From the NCBI GenBank assembly GCA_937903605.1, contig CALCZC010000025.1:206618-270617 (forward strand): DNA of 64,000 nt, given 5' to 3'. The notes beneath the pieces were generated by a model. That model was not told where the DNA came from. It saw only the letters and a list, made by a program, of their open reading frames with translations, and ran no database searches. The position numbers and the translations under genes were made by a program. Below are positions 26,642 to 37,209 of the stretch, in pieces (position 1 is the first letter of the stretch; each line of letters starts with the position of its first letter). This stretch comes from an uncultured bacterium. Lineage in GTDB: Bacteria; Patescibacteriota; Patescibacteriia; Magasanikbacterales; GWA2-37-8.

Positions 26642-27553
26642 TTACAATCCAAACTCTTTTTTAAGCATTGCGATTCCTTCTTCCAGTTTTACTGTCGGTT
26701 CCCAACCCAACATACTTTTCGCTTTACTGAAATCCGCATGAGTTTGACGAACATCACCTGGTCGTTCAGGGACAAAAATATGTTCTCCGCCGATAAGTTT
26801 AACTAAATCATTTACTGAGTGCGGATCGCCGTTACCAATATTGAACACTTCCCCACTTCCGACTTTACTATTTTCCATCGCCAAGATATTGGCACGAGCG
26901 ATATCGTCCACATGAGTATAATCACGGAAATATTCCCCATCTCCACACACGGTCATAGGTTCGCCGTTTTTGACCTGTTTGATAAATTTACCAATAACTA
27001 GCGCATAAGCCCCTTCTGGGTCAAAATAAGGGCCATAGACGTTGAAATAACGCAAAGAAACGGTTTTCAGGCCATAAAGCTCGTTAAATAACCGGCAATA
27101 ATGCTCACCTATGAATTTATGCAAAGCATATGGGCTTATCGGGGAAACTACAAAATCTTCTTTGAATGGCACAGCGTCTTGATTGCCATAAACTGAGGAC
27201 GAAGAAGAAAAAACTACTTTGTTTATTTTATTTTCTTTGGCAGCCATCAAAACATTTAGTGTGCCGTTTACATTCACGTCGTGAGTCAGAATAGGATTTT
27301 CTACAGAATAAGTGACACGAGGAAGTGCGGCCAAATGGAATATTCCGTCAAAACCTTCGGCACAAATTACGTTCAGAGCTTCTAAATTCCTGATATCCAA
27401 ATCAACATATCTAGCTTTTGGCTGAATGCGATTTTCTTTGTATCCCCCGGCATAGTTATCAACAACAACAACTTCGTGACCTTTTTCTAAAAGCATTTTG
27501 ACTAGGTTGGTTCCAATAAATCCGGCTCCGCCGGTTACTAAATATTTTGCCAT
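26642..27553 (-). CDS. NAD-dependent nucleotide-sugar epimerase/dehydratase (SDR, GalE/WbpP-like)
   Basis: GGAGFIGTNLV Rossmann motif; YALHK catalytic Y-x3-K. Confidence 0.75.
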   Translation of the reverse strand: MAKYLVTGGAGFIGTNLVKMLLEKGHEVVVVDNYAGGYKENRIQPKARYVDLDIRNLEALNVICAEGFDGIFHLAALPRVTYSVENPILTHDVNVNGTLNVLMAAKENKINKVVFSSSSSVYGNQDAVPFKEDFVVSPISPYALHKFIGEHYCRLFNELYGLKTVSLRYFNVYGPYFDPEGAYALVIGKFIKQVKNGEPMTVCGDGEYFRDYTHVDDIARANILAMENSKVGSGEVFNIGNGDPHSVNDLVKLIGGEHIFVPERPGDVRQTHADFSKAKSMLGWEPTVKLEEGIAMLKKEFGL

Positions 27554-27604
27554 AGTATTAAGTATTATGTATTAAGTATTAAGTATTAAGTATTATGTAT
27601 TTTT

Positions 27605-27678
27605 TGTCATTCCCGCGAAGGCGGGAATCCAGTGGCCGTTTTGATTTTTCCTGGATCCCCGCCTTCGCGGGGATGACA
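27605..27678. repeat. GC-rich nested-hairpin palindromic element (TGTCATTCCCGC-GAAG-GCGGGAATCCAG ... CTGGATCCCCGC-CTTC-GCGGGGATGACA)
   Basis: ~28-bp terminal inverted arms, each itself an 8-bp GC hairpin with a tetraloop; related copies at 42790, 46690, 47491 and 51009. Confidence 0.7.
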
Positions 27679-27699
27679 CTTTATATCACTTTATAAACT

Positions 27700-29112
27700 T
27701 TACGAACTTTGTGAACTTTTTTTTGTTGGGCTACCGACGGCAATAACATCGTATCCCAAATTATTTAATTCTTCAAATTGATCTGTCAACATACGACGGC
27801 CGTCCATTATCAAATAGGGAGTCGGACAAACATTCTTAATAATCTCCCCAAGTGAACGAAATTTTGCCCAGTCGGTTAAAATCAAACAAGCCTGACTATT
27901 TTCTAAAACACTTTTTTCATTATCAAAATATTTTATTTTCGCAAATCTTTTTTCTTTATTTGGATCAAAATTCTTCTGGAAAATATCCATAGCTGCCGGA
28001 TCGTAAACCCTTATTTCTTCTACACCCTTATCCAACAAAAATTCTACCGCATCAATAGCCGCGGAATTACGAATATCGTTTGTGTCCCTTTTAAATGCCA
28101 AACCCAAAATGGCTATCTTTTTATTTTGCCAATCGAATTTTGCTTCCTTTTGCGCGCGGGCAAAAAAATTATCCCTTTGAAAAGCATTGCCGGATAAAAC
28201 CCTTTGCACCTGTTCTGTGTTTGCTCCGGTTTCCGATAATTGTTTTTTAAGCGATTTGGCATCCTTTATCAGACAACTACCCCCAGCATAAAGACTATCA
28301 TAAAAACCCCATTTTCCTATCCTCTCGTCAGTAGTTAAAATTTGCCTTAGATTTTCAAAATGAATATCACCAAAACTCTCCGCTACCCTACCCACCACAT
28401 CATAGACCGATACCAATCTGGTAAAAAGCAAGAAGTTGGCTAATAATTTACCGGCCGCCGCTTCTTTGGGATTTACTTCAATATATTTTACTGTTGGAGA
28501 ATTATAAAAACGCTGGTAAATCCGACGCATTATTTCAAAATCTTGCTGATTCCAAGCACCAATTACTATCCGGTCAGGTTTTAAAGATCCGTCTATAGCC
28601 TTGCCTTCCACCAAAAATTCCGGATTAGAAACTACACCATAATTTTTCACTCCGTATTTATCCATTATCTTTTGTGTTTCATCCACCATATTTATCGGCA
28701 CCGTGCTTTTGTTCACAATCACTAAATAATTTTCTTGACTGTTATTTTTTCTTTTTACCAAATCAAGTGCCAATTTTTCAGCCGCCGCATAATAATAACT
28801 CAAATCCGATTCCCCTTCGCTATCCTTTTTTTCTGGCGTAGGCAAACACATAAAAATCGCTTCGACTTCATCTAAATATTTTATTACTTTTTCATAATCA
28901 CCGGTAAAAGTAATATTTTCTTTGTTACGCACAATCATGTCTCCCAGTCCTTTTTCAAACAGACATTGTTCAATGGTATCCCTGTCGCCCGAACTAAGCA
29001 TTTTTATTTTATTTTCATCAATATCATAAACCAAAACACGATGGCCGCTATCCGCCGCCACCGCTGCACTACAAGCCCCTACAAATCCGGCTCCGATATA
29101 TAAAATCCTCAT
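27700..29112 (-). CDS. nucleotide-sugar 6-dehydrogenase (UDP-glucose/UDP-ManNAc dehydrogenase family)
   Basis: N-terminal GAGFVG Rossmann; catalytic GGSCLIKD motif. Confidence 0.75.
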   Translation of the reverse strand: MRILYIGAGFVGACSAAVAADSGHRVLVYDIDENKIKMLSSGDRDTIEQCLFEKGLGDMIVRNKENITFTGDYEKVIKYLDEVEAIFMCLPTPEKKDSEGESDLSYYYAAAEKLALDLVKRKNNSQENYLVIVNKSTVPINMVDETQKIMDKYGVKNYGVVSNPEFLVEGKAIDGSLKPDRIVIGAWNQQDFEIMRRIYQRFYNSPTVKYIEVNPKEAAAGKLLANFLLFTRLVSVYDVVGRVAESFGDIHFENLRQILTTDERIGKWGFYDSLYAGGSCLIKDAKSLKKQLSETGANTEQVQRVLSGNAFQRDNFFARAQKEAKFDWQNKKIAILGLAFKRDTNDIRNSAAIDAVEFLLDKGVEEIRVYDPAAMDIFQKNFDPNKEKRFAKIKYFDNEKSVLENSQACLILTDWAKFRSLGEIIKNVCPTPYLIMDGRRMLTDQFEELNNLGYDVIAVGSPTKKSSQSS

Positions 29113-29117
29113 AAATA

Positions 29118-29861
29118 CTACTTAAAGATAAACTGGCCAACTTTATTTAAAATCCGCAACGGAATTATAAATCGGGGAATTTGCTTGGAGTTGGTTTTCC
29201 ACGCCCTTTTTATTTCTTGCCAACCGGACACTCTTTGTTTAAAACTCTTTGCACTATGTCCGCCCTCACGCATACAAACAAAGGTTTCCGGAATATAGGC
29301 CACGGAAATCCCCTTCAACAAAAACCGCAACATCAACTCGTAGTCAGCGGCAATTTTAAAAGAAAGATTGAATAACCCAAAACGCTCGTAGATTTCTTTT
29401 TTTACAAAAAATGTCGGATGTGGCATTATCCAGCCACGGAATAGTTTGTTTGCATTATACGATCCCGCTCTCCAATATCTAACCTGCTTAGAAACGTCAC
29501 GACGGTCAACATAAGCCAAATCGCCATAACAAGCGTCCGCTCCGGTAGAAATACTGTGTGCTACTTTACTCAATACTTTATTGTCCGCATAAAAATCATC
29601 GGAATTTATAATCCCGACTATATCGCCGGATGCCAACTTGATACCTTTATTCATGGCATCGTAAATTCCCTTGTCCGGTTCGGAAAATACTTTTGCAATT
29701 TTATCTTTATATTTGCCGACAATACCCAAAGTGCCGTCGGTAGACCCGCCATCAATAATAATATACTCCAAATCCGCATAATCCTGATTGATTACGCTTT
29801 TGATAGTGTCTTCGATTGTACCGACGCTATTGTAGCAAACGGTTATAATTGAAATTTTCAT
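29118..29861 (-). CDS. glycosyltransferase family 2
   Basis: IITVCYNSVGTIEDTI...IIIDGGSTDGT. Confidence 0.75.
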   Translation of the reverse strand: MKISIITVCYNSVGTIEDTIKSVINQDYADLEYIIIDGGSTDGTLGIVGKYKDKIAKVFSEPDKGIYDAMNKGIKLASGDIVGIINSDDFYADNKVLSKVAHSISTGADACYGDLAYVDRRDVSKQVRYWRAGSYNANKLFRGWIMPHPTFFVKKEIYERFGLFNLSFKIAADYELMLRFLLKGISVAYIPETFVCMREGGHSAKSFKQRVSGWQEIKRAWKTNSKQIPRFIIPLRILNKVGQFIFK

Positions 29862-30946
29862 TTAAAAAATTCTTTGATTTTTTCTATAATTTTACTCTGT
29901 TCTTCGTCGGTTAAGAAAGGATAACACGGCAAAGACAAAATCTCATTTTGAAAACTATCCGTTTTTTCCAAATTAATACCTGAATATTCATCTTTGTAAC
30001 AAGGTTGTTTCGGAATAATGGTTGGATAATGAATCAATGAATCAATTTCTTTATCACTTAGAAATTTTTTCAACTCGTCTCTTTTGTTATTCAAAACTCT
30101 AATCACAAATAAATGGTAAGCAGAAGTGTCGTCAAAATCATTAATTTTTAAATCGGAAATAGAAGACAACTCTTGAATATATCGCTTAGCGATATTTCTT
30201 CTTTTTTCAATAAATTTATTCATTTCTTTGAGTTTGGTATTTAAAAACACACATTGCAGCGAATTTATCCTATAGTTTACACCTTTTATAGTGTGATTGT
30301 ATCTTCCTTCTTGTCCATAATTTCTATAAGAAACAGCAAAATCAAAGACCTTTTTGTCGTTGGTAACTATCGCCCCACCCTCTCCCAAAGCGCCCAAATT
30401 TTTTGTAGGATAAAAACTGAAGGCCTTGGTGTTTACCAAAGATTCACCGGCAAACAAAGCCCCATGAGCTTGGCAAGCATCCTCAATAACTACCAGGTTG
30501 TGTTTTTTGGCAATTTTATTTATCGCTTCCATATTGCAAATTTTGCCAAATAAATGGACCGGCAAAATCGCTTTTGTTTTATCGGTAATCAATTTTTCAA
30601 TTTTGGTTTCATCCATCAAAAAATTGTCGCCGATATCGCAAAAAACCGGCTTGGCTCCCACACTGGAAATTGCCAAAGCGGTGGCTACGGCACTGTTGGG
30701 CACGGTAATAACTTCATCGCCGGCACTGATATTGTAAGCGCGTAAATTAATTTCCAAAGCGGACAATCCCGTAGAAACACCTACGGCATATTGGTAGCCG
30801 CAATAAGCGGCAAAATCTTTTTCAAATTGTTCCAATTCCGGTCCCAAAACGTAAATACCGTTTTGACCGAATTTTTTGAAGCCCGCTACAAATTTTTCTT
30901 CAAAATAACTCCACTCTTTTTTGAAATCAACAAAAGAAATTTTCAT
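29858..30946 (-). CDS. DegT/DnrJ/EryC1/StrS-family sugar aminotransferase (PLP-dependent)
   Basis: 362 aa; family-typical N-terminal and Lys-containing core; adjacent to FdtA-like and RfbB-like genes. Confidence 0.8.
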   Translation of the reverse strand: MKISFVDFKKEWSYFEEKFVAGFKKFGQNGIYVLGPELEQFEKDFAAYCGYQYAVGVSTGLSALEINLRAYNISAGDEVITVPNSAVATALAISSVGAKPVFCDIGDNFLMDETKIEKLITDKTKAILPVHLFGKICNMEAINKIAKKHNLVVIEDACQAHGALFAGESLVNTKAFSFYPTKNLGALGEGGAIVTNDKKVFDFAVSYRNYGQEGRYNHTIKGVNYRINSLQCVFLNTKLKEMNKFIEKRRNIAKRYIQELSSISDLKINDFDDTSAYHLFVIRVLNNKRDELKKFLSDKEIDSLIHYPTIIPKQPCYKDEYSGINLEKTDSFQNEILSLPCYPFLTDEEQSKIIEKIKEFFK

Positions 30947-30947
30947 A

Positions 30948-31367
30948 TTATTTTTTGATTATGGCTAAGAAGTCATCATAATTCCTGATATAGTCCGCTT
31001 CATCATATTCCATACTCGCCAAAACCATCAAAATTGTACCTGGTGTAAAATCCCTCATCACATGCCAAACATACGGTTCCAATTTCACCCCTTGGGTAAA
31101 TTTATCCAGTTTGACACTATCTTTTTTGTCTCCATAATCCAAATCAACGGTACAACCGCCATCTAGGGCAAACAAGATTTGTCTGGTTTTGTGGTGAGTA
31201 TGTCCACCGCGAATATCCCCTTCTTTCATATCTTTCATAATCAGCACCCTTTTGATATCAAAACCTACTTTTTGAAACATGCCCAAAATGCCGTTTTTTG
31301 TATCAAAGACCGGAAAATCCAACATCAGACTGTCACCGTCTGTTTGTTCGTTAATATTATTTACCAT
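30948..31367 (-). CDS. sugar 3,4-ketoisomerase (FdtA/QdtA/WxcM-like cupin)
   Basis: 139 aa; His-rich cupin core IRGGHTHHKTRQILFALDG. Confidence 0.55.
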   Translation of the reverse strand: MVNNINEQTDGDSLMLDFPVFDTKNGILGMFQKVGFDIKRVLIMKDMKEGDIRGGHTHHKTRQILFALDGGCTVDLDYGDKKDSVKLDKFTQGVKLEPYVWHVMRDFTPGTILMVLASMEYDEADYIRNYDDFLAIIKK

Positions 31368-32289
31368 ACTTGTTGTTATATAATTTAATTATTTCCGGTA
31401 AATACTGTTTGAGATCCATTTTTGGTTTCCAACCCAAAGCTTTTATTTTTGATGGATCTACACAATAACGTACGTCTTGGCCGACTCGATTATCCACAAA
31501 TTCAAAATGATCTTCCGGTTTACCCATGGCTACCAAGATTTTTTTGATGATTTCCAAATTAGTCAACATTTCACCGGAAGAAATATTATATATTTCGCCC
31601 ATTTTTCCTTTCTCCATGGCCAAAAGTATTCCTTCACAATTATCCCCGGCATAAGTCCATTCTCGGGTATATGAACCATCACCATGAACCGTCATTTTTT
31701 TGTCTTGCATGGTAAATTCTATGGTTCTTGGAATTAATTTTTCTTCGTGTTGACCATAACCGAAATTGTTACTACTACGACAAATAATATATTCCAATCC
31801 ATAGGTTCTACCCCAAGCATACAACAATTGTTCTGCTGAGGCTTTGGTAGCCGCATAAGGATTGGAAGGAATCAAACGAGCGTCTTCCTTTTTAGAACCT
31901 GTCAAAATATCTCCATAAACTTCATCCGTAGAAATTTGTAAAAATTTTGGACGATCAGCCGGGTCTTTCAAACGAACAAGTTCCAATAAATTATAAACTC
32001 CTTTTATATTAGTTTGCAAAAAAACATCATTTGCCAGAATAGAATTATCTACATGGGTTTCAGCAGCAAAATTTACTATCCATTCAATATTGCTTGGCAA
32101 ATGCACCATATTACAGATATCCTCTTTTATCCATTCATAATTTTCATTTTCTTCAAACTTCAGATCGTTTCTTGAAGCGTATGTTTGTTTATCTACATTG
32201 ATAACATAATACCCTCTGTCCAAAGCCAATCGTACAAAATAACTACCGATAAAACCTAACCCCCCTGTTACCATAATTCTTTTTTTCAT
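31357..32289 (-). CDS. dTDP-glucose 4,6-dehydratase-like SDR (RfbB family)
   Basis: GGLGFIGS Rossmann; YAATK catalytic pair; the genomic neighbours suggest a dTDP-3-amino-3,6-dideoxyhexose pathway. Confidence 0.6.
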   Translation of the reverse strand: MKKRIMVTGGLGFIGSYFVRLALDRGYYVINVDKQTYASRNDLKFEENENYEWIKEDICNMVHLPSNIEWIVNFAAETHVDNSILANDVFLQTNIKGVYNLLELVRLKDPADRPKFLQISTDEVYGDILTGSKKEDARLIPSNPYAATKASAEQLLYAWGRTYGLEYIICRSSNNFGYGQHEEKLIPRTIEFTMQDKKMTVHGDGSYTREWTYAGDNCEGILLAMEKGKMGEIYNISSGEMLTNLEIIKKILVAMGKPEDHFEFVDNRVGQDVRYCVDPSKIKALGWKPKMDLKQYLPEIIKLYNNKYGK

Positions 32290-32316
32290 ATTTTTTTTAA
32301 TAATTTTAAAATTAAA

Positions 32317-33276
32317 TTATTTTTTATTTGCATAATAAATTACCACCAAAAACCGCTTGGCTAACTGTTTAATTTTTTCCATAAAACTTTCCGGTTTAGT
32401 ATAACCATAATCGAAGTTTAAATCAACATCTTTTGTCATTTTAATAGCTTTTTGTATTTCTTTGATATACGGCTCATAAATATATTTTTTTACCTGTTTA
32501 CCCAAAGAATAAAAAGATGAATACAAGATAAATTTATTATTCGTAATTATTTTAAAGGTATGAAAATGATAAAATATCAACAAATCTTCATCTACAAAAA
32601 TTTGGTTATTTTTTTCAGTAATTTTATATTGTTCCACGTTCCAAGGAGCAACGTCTCCGCCTTTATGTTTCAAAATATGAACATTTTGATATTTTTGCGG
32701 CCAATAATCCAAGTATTTTTGATCACCAAATCTACCTTCTTCATCTTTGTTATAACACCATTGTATACAATCATTTTTCCAATCTTTTAAACAAGCTTTG
32801 CCAATATCGTCATTTTTAAAAATAACCATCGCCACATTATACAACCCCTTTTTTTCCAAATATTTTAATCTTTGAATATAATTGTGTTTGATAATTAAAA
32901 CGGAATTTTCACCCATTTCATCATAAATTGGCTGAAGCGGAGAATAGAAATACAAATCACTGTCCAAATAAGTGATATGATTCAAACCAGGATTGGTAGT
33001 CAAAACATAATGAGTAAAAACAGAACCCAGGGTCCAGCAATATTCACCATGAGAACGATTATTTTTGGCTACTAACAATTCCTTGTCTTCTATATCTTCT
33101 AGTTTAACTAAAGTAATATTTTGAAAATTTAATTTTGACAATAATTCGAAAGTTTCATTGTCCAAACACAAAATCCAAAGCTGAAAATCTTTACTTTGCA
33201 AAAGTAAGGAATTATACAAAACCAATCCACGGGTTAAATAATTTTTATCAAAAAGAGTGCAGAAATTATGCTTCAT
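32317..33276 (-). CDS. putative glycosyltransferase (GT-A fold with DxD-like YLDSDLYF)
   Basis: 319 aa; no confident family assignment; sits inside the glycan cluster. Confidence 0.4.
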   Translation of the reverse strand: MKHNFCTLFDKNYLTRGLVLYNSLLLQSKDFQLWILCLDNETFELLSKLNFQNITLVKLEDIEDKELLVAKNNRSHGEYCWTLGSVFTHYVLTTNPGLNHITYLDSDLYFYSPLQPIYDEMGENSVLIIKHNYIQRLKYLEKKGLYNVAMVIFKNDDIGKACLKDWKNDCIQWCYNKDEEGRFGDQKYLDYWPQKYQNVHILKHKGGDVAPWNVEQYKITEKNNQIFVDEDLLIFYHFHTFKIITNNKFILYSSFYSLGKQVKKYIYEPYIKEIQKAIKMTKDVDLNFDYGYTKPESFMEKIKQLAKRFLVVIYYANKK

Positions 33277-33947
33277 ATTTTTTCACACAAAAAAATTGAT
33301 TCTTTGGAAAAGAAATTCGGCCAAATCAAGTCGGCAATTCTACGGAAACAACCCAAATGTTTTACTTGGAGTATTTTGATACGGTTGTTTTTACAAAACG
33401 TTTTGAAATCCCGGATACTTAGCTGGTGGATATGGCCGGTATTGAACCAAGTATATTTGTGAAGCATGGGTCTGGGCATAACTCCGTTAAACAAAAGATC
33501 CAACCTGTTTTCAAAATAAGCGAAATTAGGAAAAGATATGATTTGATATTTGGAAATCCTCATCATTTCTTTTAATAAAATTTCCGGATATTGGACCATC
33601 TGTAAAGTGACGTTGCAAACGGCTACATCAAATTGGGAATCAGCATATCCGGTATATGTTTCCGCTTTGTCTATTTCCCCTTGTCTGGCCTTTAATCCGT
33701 TGTTCAAACAAAAATCCACGCCGGATTGTGCAATTTCAATACCTTCAATTTCAATATTCTTTCTTTCTTTCAGATATTTCATCAAAGAACCGTTGCCACA
33801 ACCCAGATCAATGACTTTGTTTCCGTCTTTCAGCCAATCGGTGATAATCGGAAATTCCGCTCTGGTATAAAAACCTTCATTGCTAAAATCATAACAACGA
33901 TTGTCATTCTGTTCCGGCTTGTCTATATTTGTGCGATTATTTGACAT
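33273..33947 (-). CDS. class I SAM-dependent methyltransferase
   Basis: Motif [12 protein letters not shown]. Confidence 0.7.
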   Translation of the reverse strand: MSNNRTNIDKPEQNDNRCYDFSNEGFYTRAEFPIITDWLKDGNKVIDLGCGNGSLMKYLKERKNIEIEGIEIAQSGVDFCLNNGLKARQGEIDKAETYTGYADSQFDVAVCNVTLQMVQYPEILLKEMMRISKYQIISFPNFAYFENRLDLLFNGVMPRPMLHKYTWFNTGHIHQLSIRDFKTFCKNNRIKILQVKHLGCFRRIADLIWPNFFSKESIFLCEKI

Positions 33948-34851
33948 ACTTTTTAAAACTTTTGTAATAATATTTTAATCTTGTAAAACCAGTGATCATT
34001 TTTAGCGGCCAGGAATTAAAATACTTTTTAACCGCTTCTTTGGCTTCTTTGTTTTCAAAAATATCAATATTACCGACATTTAGAGATTTTTCAGAAATTT
34101 TAGTATTAAAATGTGTAATTTTACCAGTATGTGTACCACTATTATCAAAACCAGAATTACTGACCAACGACTTTCCAGGATAAAGCGTTAATTTATTTTT
34201 TAAAAAAGCCGAAGCATACCAAAGTATCGCCCAAGAATGGTTAAATCCTTTTATTTGTCCGCTTAACATTTGGGTATAGGGATATGAACCTTCAAAATCA
34301 AACTCATGGGTCAAATTTTTTTCTTTCAACTCCGCCAATAATTTTTGGCCATTTTGTTCAAACAAATCCCAACCCCGCTTCCAGGTCGCCCACCCCCAAC
34401 AATCCGCACCCCTCAAGAAAAAAGTCTCCGGCAATTCTTGTTTAACCGGATAAATATATCCATGGATACTGATTACTTTTTCTTCTTTTTCATACAAATC
34501 CAGCGCCTCGTTCATATATTTCAAAAAATAAGGCGCGGTTACCAAATCATCTTCCAAAACTATAATCTTCCCGTATTGATTTACTATTTCTGTAACTCCA
34601 CCAACAATGGATTTGGCAAGACCAAAATTTTCCGAACGCTCAACAATTCGCACACTTTTGAATCCGGTAATTGTTTTTAGATATCCCCGAACTTCACCGA
34701 CTTTATTCTTCACTTCTTCGTTTTTGGCTCCATCGGAAAAAATAATCAAATCGCTTTGGGTAGCCAATTCATTTTTTTGCAAAGCTAAAATAGTACGGCG
34801 GGTATGCTCCGGGCGGTTGTAAACAAATAAAGCTATGGGAGCAAATGACAT
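33937..34851 (-). CDS. glycosyltransferase family 2
   Basis: N-terminal GT2 signature IALFVYNRPEHTRRTILAL...IIFSDG. Confidence 0.7.
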   Translation of the reverse strand: MSFAPIALFVYNRPEHTRRTILALQKNELATQSDLIIFSDGAKNEEVKNKVGEVRGYLKTITGFKSVRIVERSENFGLAKSIVGGVTEIVNQYGKIIVLEDDLVTAPYFLKYMNEALDLYEKEEKVISIHGYIYPVKQELPETFFLRGADCWGWATWKRGWDLFEQNGQKLLAELKEKNLTHEFDFEGSYPYTQMLSGQIKGFNHSWAILWYASAFLKNKLTLYPGKSLVSNSGFDNSGTHTGKITHFNTKISEKSLNVGNIDIFENKEAKEAVKKYFNSWPLKMITGFTRLKYYYKSFKKYVK

Positions 34852-34852
34852 A

Positions 34853-35968
34853 CTATTTAATCTTTTTTAAAATTTTAGCGATCCTTTCGCTACTTTTTCC
34901 ATCACCATAAGGATTAAACGCCTTGGACATTTTCAAATAAGAAGTTTTATCAGAAAATAATTTAATGCTGGCTTTAACTATTTTTTGTTTATCGTGGCCA
35001 ACAAGAAGAGCCGTGCCTGATTTAATACCTTCCGGTCTTTCGGTTTTTTCCCTGGTAACCAACAGAGGTTTGCCCAAAAACGGCGCTTCTTCCTGAATAC
35101 CCCCGGAATCGGTAATTACAAAATAACTTTTTTTCATAAGCCAAATTAATTTAGAATAATCCAAGGGTTCTAACAAATAAATATTTTTTACAGACCGAAG
35201 CTCTTTATAAACAACTTTTTTAACATTGGGATTAAGATGAACCGGATAAATTATTTCTATTTCCGGAAATAATTTGGCTATATCACGAAGAGCAGAACAA
35301 ATATTTTTCAGCGGTGCTCCAAAATTTTCTCGACGGTGGCCGGTTACAAGTATTATCTTTTTATTAAAATCGATTTTTTTAAAATCTCCGGAAAAATCAA
35401 TTTTATTTTTTTTAATTATTTCCAACCCAATTTTCAAAGCATCAATAACCGTATTACCTACCGTAAAAATTGATTTTTTAAACCCTTCTTTTTTTAAATT
35501 ACCGGAAGCATTGATAGTCGGAGTAAAATGAAAATCAGCCAATTGGCTCACAAGACGACGATTGATTTCTTCAGGAAAAGGCGAAAATTTATCATCGGTC
35601 CTTAATCCGGCTTCAATATGAACGACTTTTATTTTTTGATAATAACCGGCCAAAGCGCCGACAAACGCAGTAGTAGTATCACCTTGAACAACGATTAAAT
35701 CGGGCTGACTTTTTGTTATTATTTTTTCCAACCCTCTTAAACCGTCGGCTGTAATATCGAATAATGATTGTCCTGGTTTCATCAAATTCAAATCGTAATC
35801 GGCTTTTATTTGGAAAAAATCAAGCACATCGTCAAGCATTTTACGATGTTGAGCGGTAACGGCAATAGAAACTTTAAAACTTTTTTTATCTTTTTTAAAT
35901 TCCTTAATAAGCGGCGCCAATTTAATCGCCTCTGGCCGGGTGCCAAAAATAAATAAAACTTTTTTCAT
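34853..35968 (-). CDS. wecB: UDP-N-acetylglucosamine 2-epimerase (non-hydrolysing)
   Basis: 371 aa; N-terminal IFGTRPEAIKLAPL and overall WecB architecture. Confidence 0.8.
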   Translation of the reverse strand: MKKVLFIFGTRPEAIKLAPLIKEFKKDKKSFKVSIAVTAQHRKMLDDVLDFFQIKADYDLNLMKPGQSLFDITADGLRGLEKIITKSQPDLIVVQGDTTTAFVGALAGYYQKIKVVHIEAGLRTDDKFSPFPEEINRRLVSQLADFHFTPTINASGNLKKEGFKKSIFTVGNTVIDALKIGLEIIKKNKIDFSGDFKKIDFNKKIILVTGHRRENFGAPLKNICSALRDIAKLFPEIEIIYPVHLNPNVKKVVYKELRSVKNIYLLEPLDYSKLIWLMKKSYFVITDSGGIQEEAPFLGKPLLVTREKTERPEGIKSGTALLVGHDKQKIVKASIKLFSDKTSYLKMSKAFNPYGDGKSSERIAKILKKIK

Positions 35969-35974
35969 ACGTTA

Positions 35975-37207
35975 TTATTGTAAGTAAAATTTTTTAATTA
36001 ACGGCCAAAACCAAGAAAACGGTTTATAAATCAAAGGATGTTTTCGATATAATTTGGTTCGCCAATTAGACCTTTTATTTTCATATCTTTTTATTTTTTC
36101 AATAACAACATCTTTATTTTCAGCATCAACCTTAACTTCTGAAAAAATTTTTATTAACAAATCGGCATTGTTTTCCCAATTTAAATTAACTTCAGCATAA
36201 GCGCGAGCTTTTATTTTTTGTTCTTTAACCAATTCCGGATGATCCGTATAATACTGTAATTGTTGACATAAATCATTTTCATCCAGTTCGCAAACCGGCC
36301 AGTAATAACCATCTGTGCGAGGTTTGCAATCAATAATTTTTACAAGCCGACCAAATTCCGGAGAAAAAAATTCATTCATTGGCGGATTATCACTAGTGAT
36401 TATGGCCAAACCACAAGCCAATGCTTCCGGTAAAGATAGCCCGATACCATCAAGACGCGAAGGATAGACATAAACATCTCCCAGATAATACAAACCCGGA
36501 GCGGATACGGTTTGAAAATATAATTCTAACCGTCCTTGTTCTAACAATTTATCAATTATACTGACTAAACTTGGGTAAGTTTTTTTTAAATCAATCTGGG
36601 TGTGAATAATAAGCTTGGATTTTCCTTGAATTCGAGCAAAAGCTTGCAAAAGCAAATCCGTTCCTTTTCTCTCCGGACTAAAACCAGCAGAATGAAAAAA
36701 AGTAACAAAATTATTATTAACTAACCCGTTTTGAACTGGTTTAAATAAATTAATATCTGTTCCCCAAGGAATATAGAAAGCGCCGGGATGCCAATTAAAA
36801 ACACTATGATGTCTTTTAGTATTACAAATCAAAAAATCATAAATTTCAAAAAAAGGAATCGTCTCCCTGGTATAGTAGTCGATATAGGCACCGGTTTTAA
36901 CACCCATTTTTTGACACATTAAAACAGGGTCCCACCATTGCTGTTCATTAAAAAAAATAATTTCCAATTTATTTTTTAAAATCCATTTTCTAAAATCAGC
37001 CAAATCCATAGACATAGGCATGTGAATTGGAATTTTTTTACCCCAAGTTATAGATTGATCATCCCAATTTTTATCACCAATGGCATACTTTTCACCACCA
37101 CGCGCATAAATAAAAACTTCGTGTCCTTTTTTTAAAAGGTCACGATATTGACGCGAAACATACGCCGCGCCCCGTTCTTGCCAGGTTGTGACAATACCTA
37201 TTTTCAT
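35975..37207 (-). CDS. glycosyltransferase (GT-B, GT1/GT4-like)
   Basis: 410 aa; C-terminal FFHSAGFSPERKGTDLLL resembles the GT4 donor-binding region. Confidence 0.5.
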   Translation of the reverse strand: MKIGIVTTWQERGAAYVSRQYRDLLKKGHEVFIYARGGEKYAIGDKNWDDQSITWGKKIPIHMPMSMDLADFRKWILKNKLEIIFFNEQQWWDPVLMCQKMGVKTGAYIDYYTRETIPFFEIYDFLICNTKRHHSVFNWHPGAFYIPWGTDINLFKPVQNGLVNNNFVTFFHSAGFSPERKGTDLLLQAFARIQGKSKLIIHTQIDLKKTYPSLVSIIDKLLEQGRLELYFQTVSAPGLYYLGDVYVYPSRLDGIGLSLPEALACGLAIITSDNPPMNEFFSPEFGRLVKIIDCKPRTDGYYWPVCELDENDLCQQLQYYTDHPELVKEQKIKARAYAEVNLNWENNADLLIKIFSEVKVDAENKDVVIEKIKRYENKRSNWRTKLYRKHPLIYKPFSWFWPLIKKFYLQ

Positions 37208-37209
37208 AT

